Source: an uncultured Planctomycetota bacterium (GTDB lineage Bacteria; Planctomycetota; Phycisphaerae; Tepidisphaerales; Tepidisphaeraceae). From it: a stretch of DNA of 64,000 bases. The stretch lies in contig CAWJEN010000006.1 of the NCBI GenBank assembly GCA_963841915.1, forward strand, positions 640,001-704,000. Reading direction: 5' to 3'. Positions within the stretch are counted from its first letter, which is position 1; every line of letters begins with the position of its first letter. This document shows positions 18,582 through 27,499 of the stretch, in pieces. Both the position numbers and the translations under genes were made by a program. Below the pieces are notes generated by a model that was given only the letters and a program-made list of their open reading frames with translations, did no database searches and had not been told where the DNA came from.

Positions 18582-20453
18582 CTATCGCGACGCAGCCAGC
18601 CGTCGACGCAACTCGCCCATCGTCAGCACGGGCGGCAGATCAAGGTCATCCTCCAGCGTCGGCGTGCCATACGTCCGCGCCAGCCGATCGATCTCGCCGC
18701 GATTCACGACGACGATGGCGTCGTCGGCTGCGTCTAGCAATGCGTCACCAAGCCAGGCCGCCAACGCGTCGTCGGCCGGTGGAACGTCGAACACGACCTT
18801 GTAGTGCAGGTCAGCCGCCGGATAGGCAAAGGCCGTGGCGTCGCCGACGAGATAGATGCTCTTCGTGTTGGTCTCATTGATGAGCGGTGTCAGGTACGAG
18901 GCAGGGCCACCGACGCCGAGCAGGATGTGGGTCTGCCGCAGCTTGCCGACGAGGCCGGTTTCTTCGTGCAGGAACAAGGTTGTCCCGAGCCCGACAATGC
19001 CAACAACGCCGGCGACAGCTGCAACGGCCGCCGATCGTTCGCGCACCCACCATGTAACGGCGAGGGCAAGGACCGGAATCAGCACGACCAAAAACCGTCC
19101 GATCTGGTGCGTCGCCAGCGACCAGATTACGAGCATCACGATCATCAGGGCCGCCAACAGCTGCGGGGCGGCAAGGTGCAAGTCGGTCTTTGCGAATTTC
19201 CGCCTGCGAAGGAGCAGAACAGCCAACGCGGCAATGCCGGCCGGTACGAGCAGCCACCCGAAGCGAGCGTTTCCGAGTACTTCAACCCAAACCGCCCGCG
19301 GCAGATTCGACAGCGGCTGGTCGTGGGCGTCGCTGAAGCGGAACATCTGCTCACCCGACCAACCCGCGACGTCGCCGACGAGTGGCGAAAATGGGTTGCC
19401 GTACCACACGACGTTTCGCGCCAGCCAAGGCAGCGCGAACACGAGAGACGCCAAACCGAAGCATGCCGCTGCAATGGACAGTTGTCGAAGGTTCAGACGG
19501 CTGACGAAGACGACGCACAATGCAACGCCTCCGGCTCCGACGAGCATCGGGACGGCTGTGTACTTCGTTGCCACGCCAAGCCCGGCGAAGAGGCCTGCAA
19601 GGGCGACGCTGCTCAAATCCTTCGGCGTTGCGACTGCCCGCAGCAACCACGCGACGACCAGGGCCGTTGCCAACAGGTAGAGCGGCTCGTTGTACGCGAT
19701 GCTCGACAACATGATCGTCCAGGGCGTGCACGCGGAAACTGTCGCAGCACAGGTCGCGGCGAGCGGCGATCCGCCGACGCCGCGAATCGCGCCGTAGCAC
19801 GCCAGGACGAGGCCGACACCGAGACCGACGTTGATGAAGTGCGGGGCGAACGTTGCCTCGAACGGGCCACCGGCTGCGTGCATCGACGCCAGGAACAGCG
19901 TCTCGCTCGCCAACGGCATTCGCGAAAACACGTTGTGCCCGAGCGGCACGATCTGGCCGACCTCGTACCACTCGCGTGGGATCTGCAGGTGGTAGCTCAG
20001 GACGTCATACGCGTTGGGCTCGCCGCCCCACAACACGCCCGGTGGCATGCAGGCGGCAACGAGGGCGATGAGCAGGGCGAGGACCGGCAGCGCCCACAGC
20101 ATGCGGGCGACGCCGGTGACCTTTTTGACCGGTCGCTGCCAGAAATCACTCTGCCGCCAAAGGACGCCGCCGCCCGCCACGCCAGCTGTAGCCAGGATCG
20201 CCAGCACGCTGATGGTGTTGAGCCAGCCCGCAAGGCCGAGTAGAAGCGACGCCGAAACGAACAGCCCGACGCCGACACCCAGCCCGCTTGCGATCAGCAG
20301 CGATCGAGGCGTTCTCGGGGCAAGCGGCTTCAGGAGCGCTGCACCCGCCGCTGTCAGGCACGCAAGCGCAATGGCAACCGGCAGCCCTTCCAACAACAAC
20401 GCCGCGACGATGCGGATAATGGCATCAGTCGCGGCAGGTTCATCTGTCGGCAC
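18582..20453 (-). CDS. polytopic membrane protein, GT-C/ArnT-like
   Basis: Many TM helices; YDVLSYHLQIPREW, ATKYTA and PWLARNVVWYGNPF motifs. Confidence 0.65.
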   Translation of the reverse strand: MPTDEPAATDAIIRIVAALLLEGLPVAIALACLTAAGAALLKPLAPRTPRSLLIASGLGVGVGLFVSASLLLGLAGWLNTISVLAILATAGVAGGGVLWRQSDFWQRPVKKVTGVARMLWALPVLALLIALVAACMPPGVLWGGEPNAYDVLSYHLQIPREWYEVGQIVPLGHNVFSRMPLASETLFLASMHAAGGPFEATFAPHFINVGLGVGLVLACYGAIRGVGGSPLAATCAATVSACTPWTIMLSSIAYNEPLYLLATALVVAWLLRAVATPKDLSSVALAGLFAGLGVATKYTAVPMLVGAGGVALCVVFVSRLNLRQLSIAAACFGLASLVFALPWLARNVVWYGNPFSPLVGDVAGWSGEQMFRFSDAHDQPLSNLPRAVWVEVLGNARFGWLLVPAGIAALAVLLLRRRKFAKTDLHLAAPQLLAALMIVMLVIWSLATHQIGRFLVVLIPVLALAVTWWVRERSAAVAAVAGVVGIVGLGTTLFLHEETGLVGKLRQTHILLGVGGPASYLTPLINETNTKSIYLVGDATAFAYPAADLHYKVVFDVPPADDALAAWLGDALLDAADDAIVVVNRGEIDRLARTYGTPTLEDDLDLPPVLTMGELRRRLAASR

Positions 20454-20486
20454 GACGGCAGCATAACGCGTCGTCCCACCTGTGAC

Positions 20487-21005
20487 TCAGTAGCTCAAGT
20501 CGTACCGGACATTGGCCAGCTCGCCGGCGAGTTCGAGCTCGACCCGCTCGACCATGATCTCGCGATTGTCGCTTGGAAACGCCCGGCCGTCGGCGTCGAG
20601 CAGCTTGGCGAACTCGATCTTGAGAATCACGCCCGGGTCGGCGTCGTTGAGACGACAGGCGTAGCGGCCGTTGACCCAGACACGGCCGCCGGCCTGCCAG
20701 GTCATGCCGCTGAGGTTGATGAGGTCGAGCCGATCTTTGCCGTGCAGGGCGACGGCCCGGGCGGCGGCATTGCCGACGACGTCGAGCTCGACCGGATACT
20801 CGGCCGGAGGCTGTTGGACCTCGGCGGCGGCGAGCTGGGCCGCTTCGGGCTCATTGCCGGCCATGTCGAACTCGCCAACCTTCATCGAGCAACCACCGGC
20901 CATAACGCCGGCCGCGACGAGCAAAGCTGCCGGTGGATAGGCGTCCCAGGCCAAAGCCAGGATCTTTAGACGGCGTGACGTCGGCTGCTTGGAGGCGGTG
21001 AACAT
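20487..21005 (-). CDS. hypothetical lipoprotein
   Basis: Hydrophobic stretch ending MAGGC (lipobox-like). Confidence 0.55.
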   Translation of the reverse strand: MFTASKQPTSRRLKILALAWDAYPPAALLVAAGVMAGGCSMKVGEFDMAGNEPEAAQLAAAEVQQPPAEYPVELDVVGNAAARAVALHGKDRLDLINLSGMTWQAGGRVWVNGRYACRLNDADPGVILKIEFAKLLDADGRAFPSDNREIMVERVELELAGELANVRYDLSY

Positions 21006-21061
21006 GATGTGCTTATCGGACGCCTCCGCTTCTGAGCATCAGTCGCCGGTAGAGTGCGGGC

Positions 21062-22735
21062 ATGAGCGGCCCGATCGGCAACCTTTGCCTCGTCCTCCAC
21101 GGCCACATGCCGTACGTCCTGCATCACGGCAGCTACCCGCACGGAGAGGCGTGGCTCTTCGAGGCCGCCGCCGAGACGCACCTGCCCATTCTCGACATGA
21201 TCGGCGAGGTCGCCCTCATGCAGAAACGGCCGGCCATCACGATCGGTCTCATGCCGGTGCTCCTCGAGCAACTCGCCCACGATCGCTTCAAGACCGGCTT
21301 CGTCGAGTATCTCAACGGCCGCATCAATAAAGCCGAAGACGACGAAAAAGAGCTCGACGCTGAAGGCGACAAGCATGGCGTCTACCTTGCCCAGCGGTGG
21401 CAGCACTGGTACACGGACCGCCTCGAGCAGTTCGAACGCATCGGCCGCGACATTCCGGGTGAATTCGCCAAGCGGTACCAGGAAGGGCACGTCGAGCTGC
21501 TGACGAGCAATGCCACGCACGGTTACATGCCGCTGATCCTCAACGATCAGATGTTGGCCGCCCAGATGAAGTGCGGCGTCGCCACGAGCGAAAAGCACCT
21601 GGGTAAGAAGCCCAGCGGCATGTGGCTGCCCGAGTGCGCTTACCGCCCGCACTGGCCGCACTGGATGCCGAGCGTCTTGTACGACAACGCCCGCGATCGA
21701 CCGGGTGTCGAAAAGTTCATGGCCGATGAAGGCGTCACGCACTTCTTCGTCGAAAGCCATCTCGTCCAGAACGCAACGCCCCTCGGGCATCGTCACGACG
21801 GCACCTTCTACCCCGGTCCCGGCGGACGCGTCGGGGGCAACGACACCCTCGAGCCCGTCGGCGTCGCCAGCAGCCCGACCGATACGAGCGTCCACGCCTT
21901 TGCCCGCCACCCCAAGGTCAGCGAGCAAGTCTGGAGCGGCTCCATCGGCTACCCGGCCAACGGCAAGTACCTCGAGTTCCACCGCAAACGCGGTGAACGC
22001 GGCCTCCGCTATCACAAGATTACCAGCACCAAGACGCCGCTCAGCGAGAAAGAGCCGTACCACCCCGACGACATTTCGTCGCTCATTCACGAGCACGCCA
22101 GCCACTTCTGCGACACGGTGCGGTCGACGCTCTGGGACTACAACCGCGCAACGGGTCGGCGGGGCACGGTGGTGGCGAGCTTCGACGCCGAGCTGTTCGG
22201 GCACTGGTGGTTCGAGGGGCCACGCTTCCTGCGGGACGTGATCCTCAACCTCGCCGGCGACGACGGCGTGCGACTGGCGACGACGAGCGAGGTGCTCGAA
22301 AGCGACCGCCCCGACAAGGTCATGCGGCTGCCCGAGGGCTCGTGGGGCGAGAATGGCGACCACACGGTCTGGTCAAACGATGAGACGAAGTGGTGGTGGG
22401 AGATCGAGTACCGCGCTGAGGGCGAGTTCCTGAAGCTCCTGCACACCTTGCCGTGGCAGGACAACGCCGAGGTCCGCGGCCTGCTCGAACGAGCCGGCCG
22501 CCAGTTGCTGCTCTTACAGGCCAGCGACTGGGCTTTCGTGATCCATACCGGCGGCGCAGTCGACTACGGCATCCAGCGTTTAGCCGACCACGCCACGAAT
22601 TTCGGCCGCATGTGCCGTATCGCGGGCTCCGTGGCAGGCGGCACGCCGATGAGCGAGCTCGACAAGGTCGAGGTCGCCAACGCCGATGCGCACGACGTGA
22701 TCTTCCAGGAGATCGACCTGAACTGGTGGATGTAG
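21062..22735 (+). CDS. GH57 1,4-alpha-glucan branching enzyme (DUF1957)
   Basis: LHGHMPYV, ATHGYMP, GMWLPECAY, FDAELFGHWWFEG and LLLQASDWAF motifs. Confidence 0.93.
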   Translation: MSGPIGNLCLVLHGHMPYVLHHGSYPHGEAWLFEAAAETHLPILDMIGEVALMQKRPAITIGLMPVLLEQLAHDRFKTGFVEYLNGRINKAEDDEKELDAEGDKHGVYLAQRWQHWYTDRLEQFERIGRDIPGEFAKRYQEGHVELLTSNATHGYMPLILNDQMLAAQMKCGVATSEKHLGKKPSGMWLPECAYRPHWPHWMPSVLYDNARDRPGVEKFMADEGVTHFFVESHLVQNATPLGHRHDGTFYPGPGGRVGGNDTLEPVGVASSPTDTSVHAFARHPKVSEQVWSGSIGYPANGKYLEFHRKRGERGLRYHKITSTKTPLSEKEPYHPDDISSLIHEHASHFCDTVRSTLWDYNRATGRRGTVVASFDAELFGHWWFEGPRFLRDVILNLAGDDGVRLATTSEVLESDRPDKVMRLPEGSWGENGDHTVWSNDETKWWWEIEYRAEGEFLKLLHTLPWQDNAEVRGLLERAGRQLLLLQASDWAFVIHTGGAVDYGIQRLADHATNFGRMCRIAGSVAGGTPMSELDKVEVANADAHDVIFQEIDLNWWM

Positions 22736-22762
22736 CGGGCTGCCGTCTGGTAAGATGGTGCG

Positions 22763-23437
22763 ATGTCCGCAACGTTGATGCCAGAGAAGGTAGTAGTTGC
22801 CTCGCCCGAAGAGGCTGACGCGGTCGCGACGGAATCGTTGCATCGCCAAGCCATGACGTGGGAAGAGTTCATCACGGATGCGAACCTGCCGCATCATCAC
22901 TACGAGTACGTCGAAGGCCATGCCGTCGAGATGCCGATGGTCACGAAGAATCACACGTCGTTACGCTCTTGGCTTCTCATGTGTGGCGGCCTGTTCAAAG
23001 GCATGAATACCTATGCAGGATGCGACGGCGAGCCCTACAAGGTTCGCACGCCAGCAGGCAATGCCCGCGCTCCCGATGTCTTCTTCTGGAACCACGAACA
23101 GGACAAGAAGGCGGTCGACCACGTGGTCGAGGGCCCGGTCGACCTCGTCATCGAGATTCTCAGCCCATCAACGTACTCCGACGACTACGGCCCAAAGCTC
23201 CGCGAGTACCAAGCCGCCGGCTGTCGCGAATATTGGATCCTCGACCCGCTCAACACGATCGCCAACGACTACTTCGAACTGGTCGACGGCAAGTACCGCC
23301 CGTTCCTCCCCGACTTCGAGGGCGACCGCCAGATCATCCGCTCACGAAGCGTGAGCGGCTTGTGGTTCGATGTGGTGTGGTTCGTCAACCAGCCGCCGGT
23401 GACCGAAGTGCTCAGGGCGTGGCAGGAAGCGGCCTAA
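22763..23437 (+). CDS. Uma2 family endonuclease
   Basis: EYVEG, RAPDVFF, DLVIEILSPST and KLREYQAAGCREYWILDP motifs. Confidence 0.92.
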   Translation: MSATLMPEKVVVASPEEADAVATESLHRQAMTWEEFITDANLPHHHYEYVEGHAVEMPMVTKNHTSLRSWLLMCGGLFKGMNTYAGCDGEPYKVRTPAGNARAPDVFFWNHEQDKKAVDHVVEGPVDLVIEILSPSTYSDDYGPKLREYQAAGCREYWILDPLNTIANDYFELVDGKYRPFLPDFEGDRQIIRSRSVSGLWFDVVWFVNQPPVTEVLRAWQEAA

Positions 23438-23610
23438 CAACTTCGAAGTTCTCCTTTGGCACGAGGCTGCGGGCAAGGCGATGAGCGAGCTCGGTTATGC
23501 TGAGTTCGGCAACGCCAACTTGAGCGACGTCATCTTCAAGATCAATGACTGAGTTGCTGGATGCGGAGCTTGGATGCGACTGCGCCGCCGAGCAATGTCT
23601 ACTGGCCTGA

Positions 23611-24402
23611 TCACGCCGCGTCGTCGAGCCGTTCGACGCTGACGTCCATCTGCTGCATCGAAGCCGGGCCCCATTGGCTGATGAGGGCGACGTCGGCGGC
23701 GTCGCGGCCGTAGGCGACGACGACGCGGCCGCCTCTGGGCCGGCTTTGCGTCGCGTCGAAGGTGTACCAGCGGCCGTTGATGTAGACCTCGTACCAAGCG
23801 TGCTGGTCCATCGGGTCCAGCTCGTGCAGATAGCCGACGACCATGCGGGCCGGCATGTTGAGCGCACGGCTCAGCGCGATGCCGACGTGCGAAAAGTCGC
23901 GGCAAACGCCTTGCTTCTGCTTGATGGTTTCGGCGGCCGAGGTGGTGGCGTCGCTCGTGCCGTACTCGTACTTGAAGTTGGCGTGGATCCACGCCCGGAT
24001 GGCCTCTGCCTGGTCGTAGCCAGGTGCTTTGCCGCTGGCGACGTCCAAGGCGGCTCCACGGAGTTCGTCTGACTCGCAGTACCGACTCGGCAGCGTCAGC
24101 GGCAGGGTGTAATCGGGCAGGTCCTGCGGGTATGTCGCCCAGGCACCCGGAGCCGTATCAATTTCTTCGGCAACGGTGACCTCCGTTTCGACCTCGATCT
24201 CGAAGGTTCCCTGTGGTGCCGTCAGTCGCTGGCAGAGGTTGCCGTTGGTGTCGGAGAACTCGGTGGCAGGTGCGAACGGCCGGAGGTCGAAGCGGGTGGC
24301 GTGTACCCATTGACCGGCCCCGGAGCGTGGCCTGAGGATGAGCATCATCGGCGTCGGTTGTTCGACGTCGAGGCGGATGAGCGTGTGCGTGCGGAGCTTC
24401 AT
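23611..24402 (-). CDS. transglutaminase-like family protein
   Basis: PSRYCESD, GVCRDFSH, HAWYEV...FDAT and YGRDAADV catalytic-triad motifs. Confidence 0.92.
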   Translation of the reverse strand: MKLRTHTLIRLDVEQPTPMMLILRPRSGAGQWVHATRFDLRPFAPATEFSDTNGNLCQRLTAPQGTFEIEVETEVTVAEEIDTAPGAWATYPQDLPDYTLPLTLPSRYCESDELRGAALDVASGKAPGYDQAEAIRAWIHANFKYEYGTSDATTSAAETIKQKQGVCRDFSHVGIALSRALNMPARMVVGYLHELDPMDQHAWYEVYINGRWYTFDATQSRPRGGRVVVAYGRDAADVALISQWGPASMQQMDVSVERLDDAA

Positions 24403-24464
24403 TCGGCCGACGCTAAGGCCGAATGATCAACTCAGCAGATCGTTTTTAGAAGCAGCACCTGCCA

Positions 24465-24537
24465 AGCCGCCACTCGGACTTGAACCGAGAACCTTCGCTT
24501 TACAAAAGCGGTGCTCTGCCAATTGAGCTATGGCGGC
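24465..24537 (-). tRNA. tRNA-Thr(TGT)
   Basis: GCCGCCA/TGGCGGC acceptor, anticodon loop TTTGTAA, T-loop TTCAAGT. Confidence 0.93.
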
Positions 24538-24568
24538 GAACGCGGGCAGTTTATCCACCTGCGGTTCC

Positions 24569-25036
24569 TCAGACCAGACCCAGGATCTCCAGCTTCATCG
24601 AGCCGCGCGGGGCCTTGACGGTGACGGTGTCGCCGACGCGGGCCTTCATGAGGGCATCGCCGAGCGGGCTGGCGGCGCTGACGTCCTGGACCTCGCTGTC
24701 GACGGCCGGGGCGGCGGCTTCGCCGACGATGCGGAAGGTCATCTCTTCGTCGTCTCGCAGATCCTTGACCTTCACCGTGCTGCCCAGGAAGACCATGTCG
24801 TCCGGCACGTCGTCGGCATCGGCCACGACCACGTCTTTGAGCTTCTTTGTCAGGTCGCTGATCTCCTTTTCGATCTTGCGATTCTCTTCCTTGGCGAAGT
24901 GGTATTCGGCGTTCTCGCTCAAATCACCGAGCGCGGCGGCGGTGGTGATTCGCCCCTGGACGTCGACCTTGCTCTTGTGGAGGTCGGCAAGCCGGGCATC
25001 AAGCGTGGCCTTTTCTTCGGTGCTGAGGTATTGCAT
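24569..25036 (-). CDS. greA: transcription elongation factor GreA
   Basis: GDLSENAEYHFAKE and SAASPLGDALM motifs; start at MQYLS. Confidence 0.95.
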   Translation of the reverse strand: MQYLSTEEKATLDARLADLHKSKVDVQGRITTAAALGDLSENAEYHFAKEENRKIEKEISDLTKKLKDVVVADADDVPDDMVFLGSTVKVKDLRDDEEMTFRIVGEAAAPAVDSEVQDVSAASPLGDALMKARVGDTVTVKAPRGSMKLEILGLV

Positions 25037-25213
25037 GGCGTGTCTCCGCGGGCATTTGGTGTGGCCCGCCATCAGAGTCGCAGGATGATCGGGTGAACGA
25101 CAAGCCACCGCGTCCGGCCCGTGCCGGTGTCGCGGTGGCGTAGGGGAAGTTTTAGGACAAGCCGCGCGTGATGGCAAGGCGGCGGCGTCCCGCAGCAGGG
25201 GCTACAGTCTGCC

Positions 25214-25492
25214 GTGGCCTTCCACTGTGACATCGTGACGCCTGACCGCGAAACCTTCAGCGGCGAGGTCAAGGGCGTCGTCCTGCCCGCCCACGACGGC
25301 CTCGTCGGTATCCTGACCGGCCGCGCCCCCATGCTCGTCCGCCTCGGTACCGGCAAGCTCACCGCCGACCTGACCACCGGCGGCCAGGAGACCTACACCA
25401 TCTCTGGTGGCGTCGCACAGATGAAGGACAACAAGCTCACGATCCTGACCGAAAAGGCCGAGTCACCGACGGCGGCAGAAGTGAACCCGTGA
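25214..25492 (+). CDS. atpC: F1 ATP synthase epsilon subunit (beta-sandwich domain only)
   Basis: IVTPDRETFSGEV...LPAHDGLVGIL...ISGGVAQM...LTILTE; lacks the C-terminal helical hairpin. Confidence 0.85.
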   Translation: MAFHCDIVTPDRETFSGEVKGVVLPAHDGLVGILTGRAPMLVRLGTGKLTADLTTGGQETYTISGGVAQMKDNKLTILTEKAESPTAAEVNP

Positions 25493-25526
25493 CGTCGAAC
25501 GGCCGTGGCAGGCTTAAGCTGCTCGC

Positions 25527-26690
25527 ATGCCGGCCGGAAGTCAGCTCGAAACCTTCGACCGGTACAAACGCCAAGGCCTCGACGCCCGCCGGGCCGGACG
25601 GTGGGCGGCGGCGAGAACGTATCTGCTCAATGCAGCACGCGTGATGACCGATCTGGCCCGCGAGGCCAAGACAGACGGGCTGCGCGACGCACGGCAGCAA
25701 GTCGCCGAGCGGTTGCTGGAGCTCGCCCGTGACTGCAAGGAGGCCGACGACCAGAAGCGGCCGGCGGGCAAAACGTCGCCTTCAAAGCCGCAACAGTCCG
25801 TCGGCCGCGAAGGAGCCGACGACAAGGCACCCGATGCCGATGCGTGGGCCGTGAAGGAGCGGCCGGACCTGCGGTTCGACGACATCGCCGGCCTCGAAGA
25901 CGTCAAGGACGAGATCCGGCTGAAAATGCTCTATCCGTTCCGGCACCCGGAACTGGCAGAGCGATTCGGCATCAGCCCCGGCGGCGGCGTGCTGCTGTAC
26001 GGGCCGCCGGGGACCGGCAAAACCATGCTCGCCCGCGCGACGGCGGGCGAACTCGACGCGACCTTCTTCACCGTCAGCGCTGCCGACCTCCTCAGCAAAT
26101 GGGTCGGCGAGGCCGAGCAGAACGTCAAAGCCCTCTTCGACGCGGCCACGTCGGCGGAGCGGTCGGTTATCTTCATCGACGAGATCGAATCGCTCGTGCC
26201 GGCCCGCCGCGACGATGCTGGCAGCGGCGTGATGCAACGTGTTGTGCCGCAGCTGTTACAGGGCATGGAGGGCTTTTCGAAGAAGAAGGGCCAGCCTGTC
26301 CTCTTCATGGGAGCGACGAACGTGCCGTGGCAACTCGACCCGGCGGTGCTCAGGCCGGGACGGTTCGACGAAAAGGTCTACGTCGGCCTGCCTGACCTGC
26401 CCGCGCGACGTCGGCTGCTCGACATCCATCTGGGCGATCGACCAGTCGCCGAAGATGTAGATCTCGATGCCTATGCCGAACGGCTCGACGGCTACAGCGG
26501 TGCCGACATCAAGTACCTTTGCGACCGGGCGGCGACGATTCCGTTTCTCGCGGCCGTCGGTGCAGGCGGCGGTGACGACGACGCGACCATCGGCGGCGAC
26601 GTCCTCGAGCAGGTGGTGGCCGCCACACCGCCGAGCGTGCGGCCGGAGGCGATCAGCCGCTTCGACGAATGGCGGCAGCGGCACGGTTAA
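25527..26690 (+). CDS. AAA ATPase with MIT-like N-terminal helical domain (Vps4/CdvC-like architecture)
   Basis: ERPDLRFDDIAGLEDVK, GPPGTGKT, SKWVGE, IFIDEIE, ATNVPWQLDPAVLRPGRFD; tail PPSVRPEAISRFDEWRQRHG. Confidence 0.85.
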   Translation: MPAGSQLETFDRYKRQGLDARRAGRWAAARTYLLNAARVMTDLAREAKTDGLRDARQQVAERLLELARDCKEADDQKRPAGKTSPSKPQQSVGREGADDKAPDADAWAVKERPDLRFDDIAGLEDVKDEIRLKMLYPFRHPELAERFGISPGGGVLLYGPPGTGKTMLARATAGELDATFFTVSAADLLSKWVGEAEQNVKALFDAATSAERSVIFIDEIESLVPARRDDAGSGVMQRVVPQLLQGMEGFSKKKGQPVLFMGATNVPWQLDPAVLRPGRFDEKVYVGLPDLPARRRLLDIHLGDRPVAEDVDLDAYAERLDGYSGADIKYLCDRAATIPFLAAVGAGGGDDDATIGGDVLEQVVAATPPSVRPEAISRFDEWRQRHG

Positions 26691-26722
26691 CGCGCATTAG
26701 ACGGCCAAGGTTGTGTCGCTGG

Positions 26723-26842
26723 TCATATCGTCCCGTTGAGCATCGGAAATGCCTCGGTCAGCCCGCCGATCATGAGCTGGACGGCGATCGCCGTCAGGAG
26801 GATACCGAGCAGGCGGCTGCTGATGCTCATGCCAGTCGTGCC
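26723..26842 (-). pseudogene. 3' fragment of a MarC-family membrane protein gene
   Basis: GTTGMSISSRLLGILLTAIAVQLMIGGLTEAFP matches the MarC C-terminal helix pattern; preceded in frame by a stop. Confidence 0.7.
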
Positions 26843-26855
26843 TCAGCTATTCTGT

Positions 26856-26884
26856 TTGACGTAATGGTCTATTCGATCTACAGT
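26856..26884 (+). promoter_or_regulatory. sigma70-like promoter of higBA (leaderless)
   Basis: TTGACG-17 nt-TACAGT, 7 nt upstream of the GTG start. Confidence 0.6.
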
Positions 26885-26891
26885 CTCGAAA

Positions 26892-27170
26892 GTGATCCGA
26901 AGGTTCCGCTGTCGCGACACGCAGCGGTTGCACGCCGGGCACAGCGTTCGTCGGTTCAAGGCGATCGAGCGAGTCGCGCGGCGAAAGCTCTTGATCCTTG
27001 ATGCCGCGGCTCAGATCAGCGACCTGCGGGTGCCGCCGGGAAACCGTTTGGAGTTGCTTAAAGGGGATCGCGCAGGTCAGCACAGCATCCGCATCAACGG
27101 TCAGTGGCGGATCTGCTTCCGCTGGGAGAGTGGTGACGCACACGATGTCGAAATTGTTGACTACCACTGA
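26892..27170 (+). CDS. higB: HigB-type (RelE/ParE superfamily) toxin
   Basis: DLRVPPGNRLELLKGDRAGQHSIRINGQWRICFRW...VEIVDYH. Confidence 0.93.
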   Translation: MIRRFRCRDTQRLHAGHSVRRFKAIERVARRKLLILDAAAQISDLRVPPGNRLELLKGDRAGQHSIRINGQWRICFRWESGDAHDVEIVDYH

Positions 27171-27174
27171 TCTC

Positions 27175-27492
27175 ATGAAGCCTAACCAAATGCCACAGGA
27201 CGGACCGCTGCCATTGATCCCGCCGGGCGAGGTGCTGGCGGAGGACTTTATGGTTCCACTGGACGTGAGCCAGAACGGTTTGGCACGCGCACTCGATATT
27301 CCGCCGGGCCGGGTCAACGACATCGTCCACGGCCGCCGCTCGATTACGCCGGATACCGCCGTCCGCCTCGCCATCTATTTCGGCACAAGCGTCGACTTTT
27401 GGATCAACCTGCAAGCGCAGCACGACACACGCGTCGCTCGGCGTGATTTGCAACCGGCTATTGCAGAGGTCGTGCGGCCACACGCGGCGTGA
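27175..27492 (+). CDS. higA: HigA family antitoxin
   Basis: PPGEVLAEDF...SQNGLARAL...RVNDIVHGRRSITPDTAVRLAIYFGTSVDFWINLQ. Confidence 0.93.
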   Translation: MKPNQMPQDGPLPLIPPGEVLAEDFMVPLDVSQNGLARALDIPPGRVNDIVHGRRSITPDTAVRLAIYFGTSVDFWINLQAQHDTRVARRDLQPAIAEVVRPHAA

Positions 27493-27499
27493 CCTCTTA

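Noticed and set aside
24551..24559. DnaA box / oriC
   Set aside because: Only a single imperfect TTATCCACC, with no box cluster or AT-rich unwinding element.
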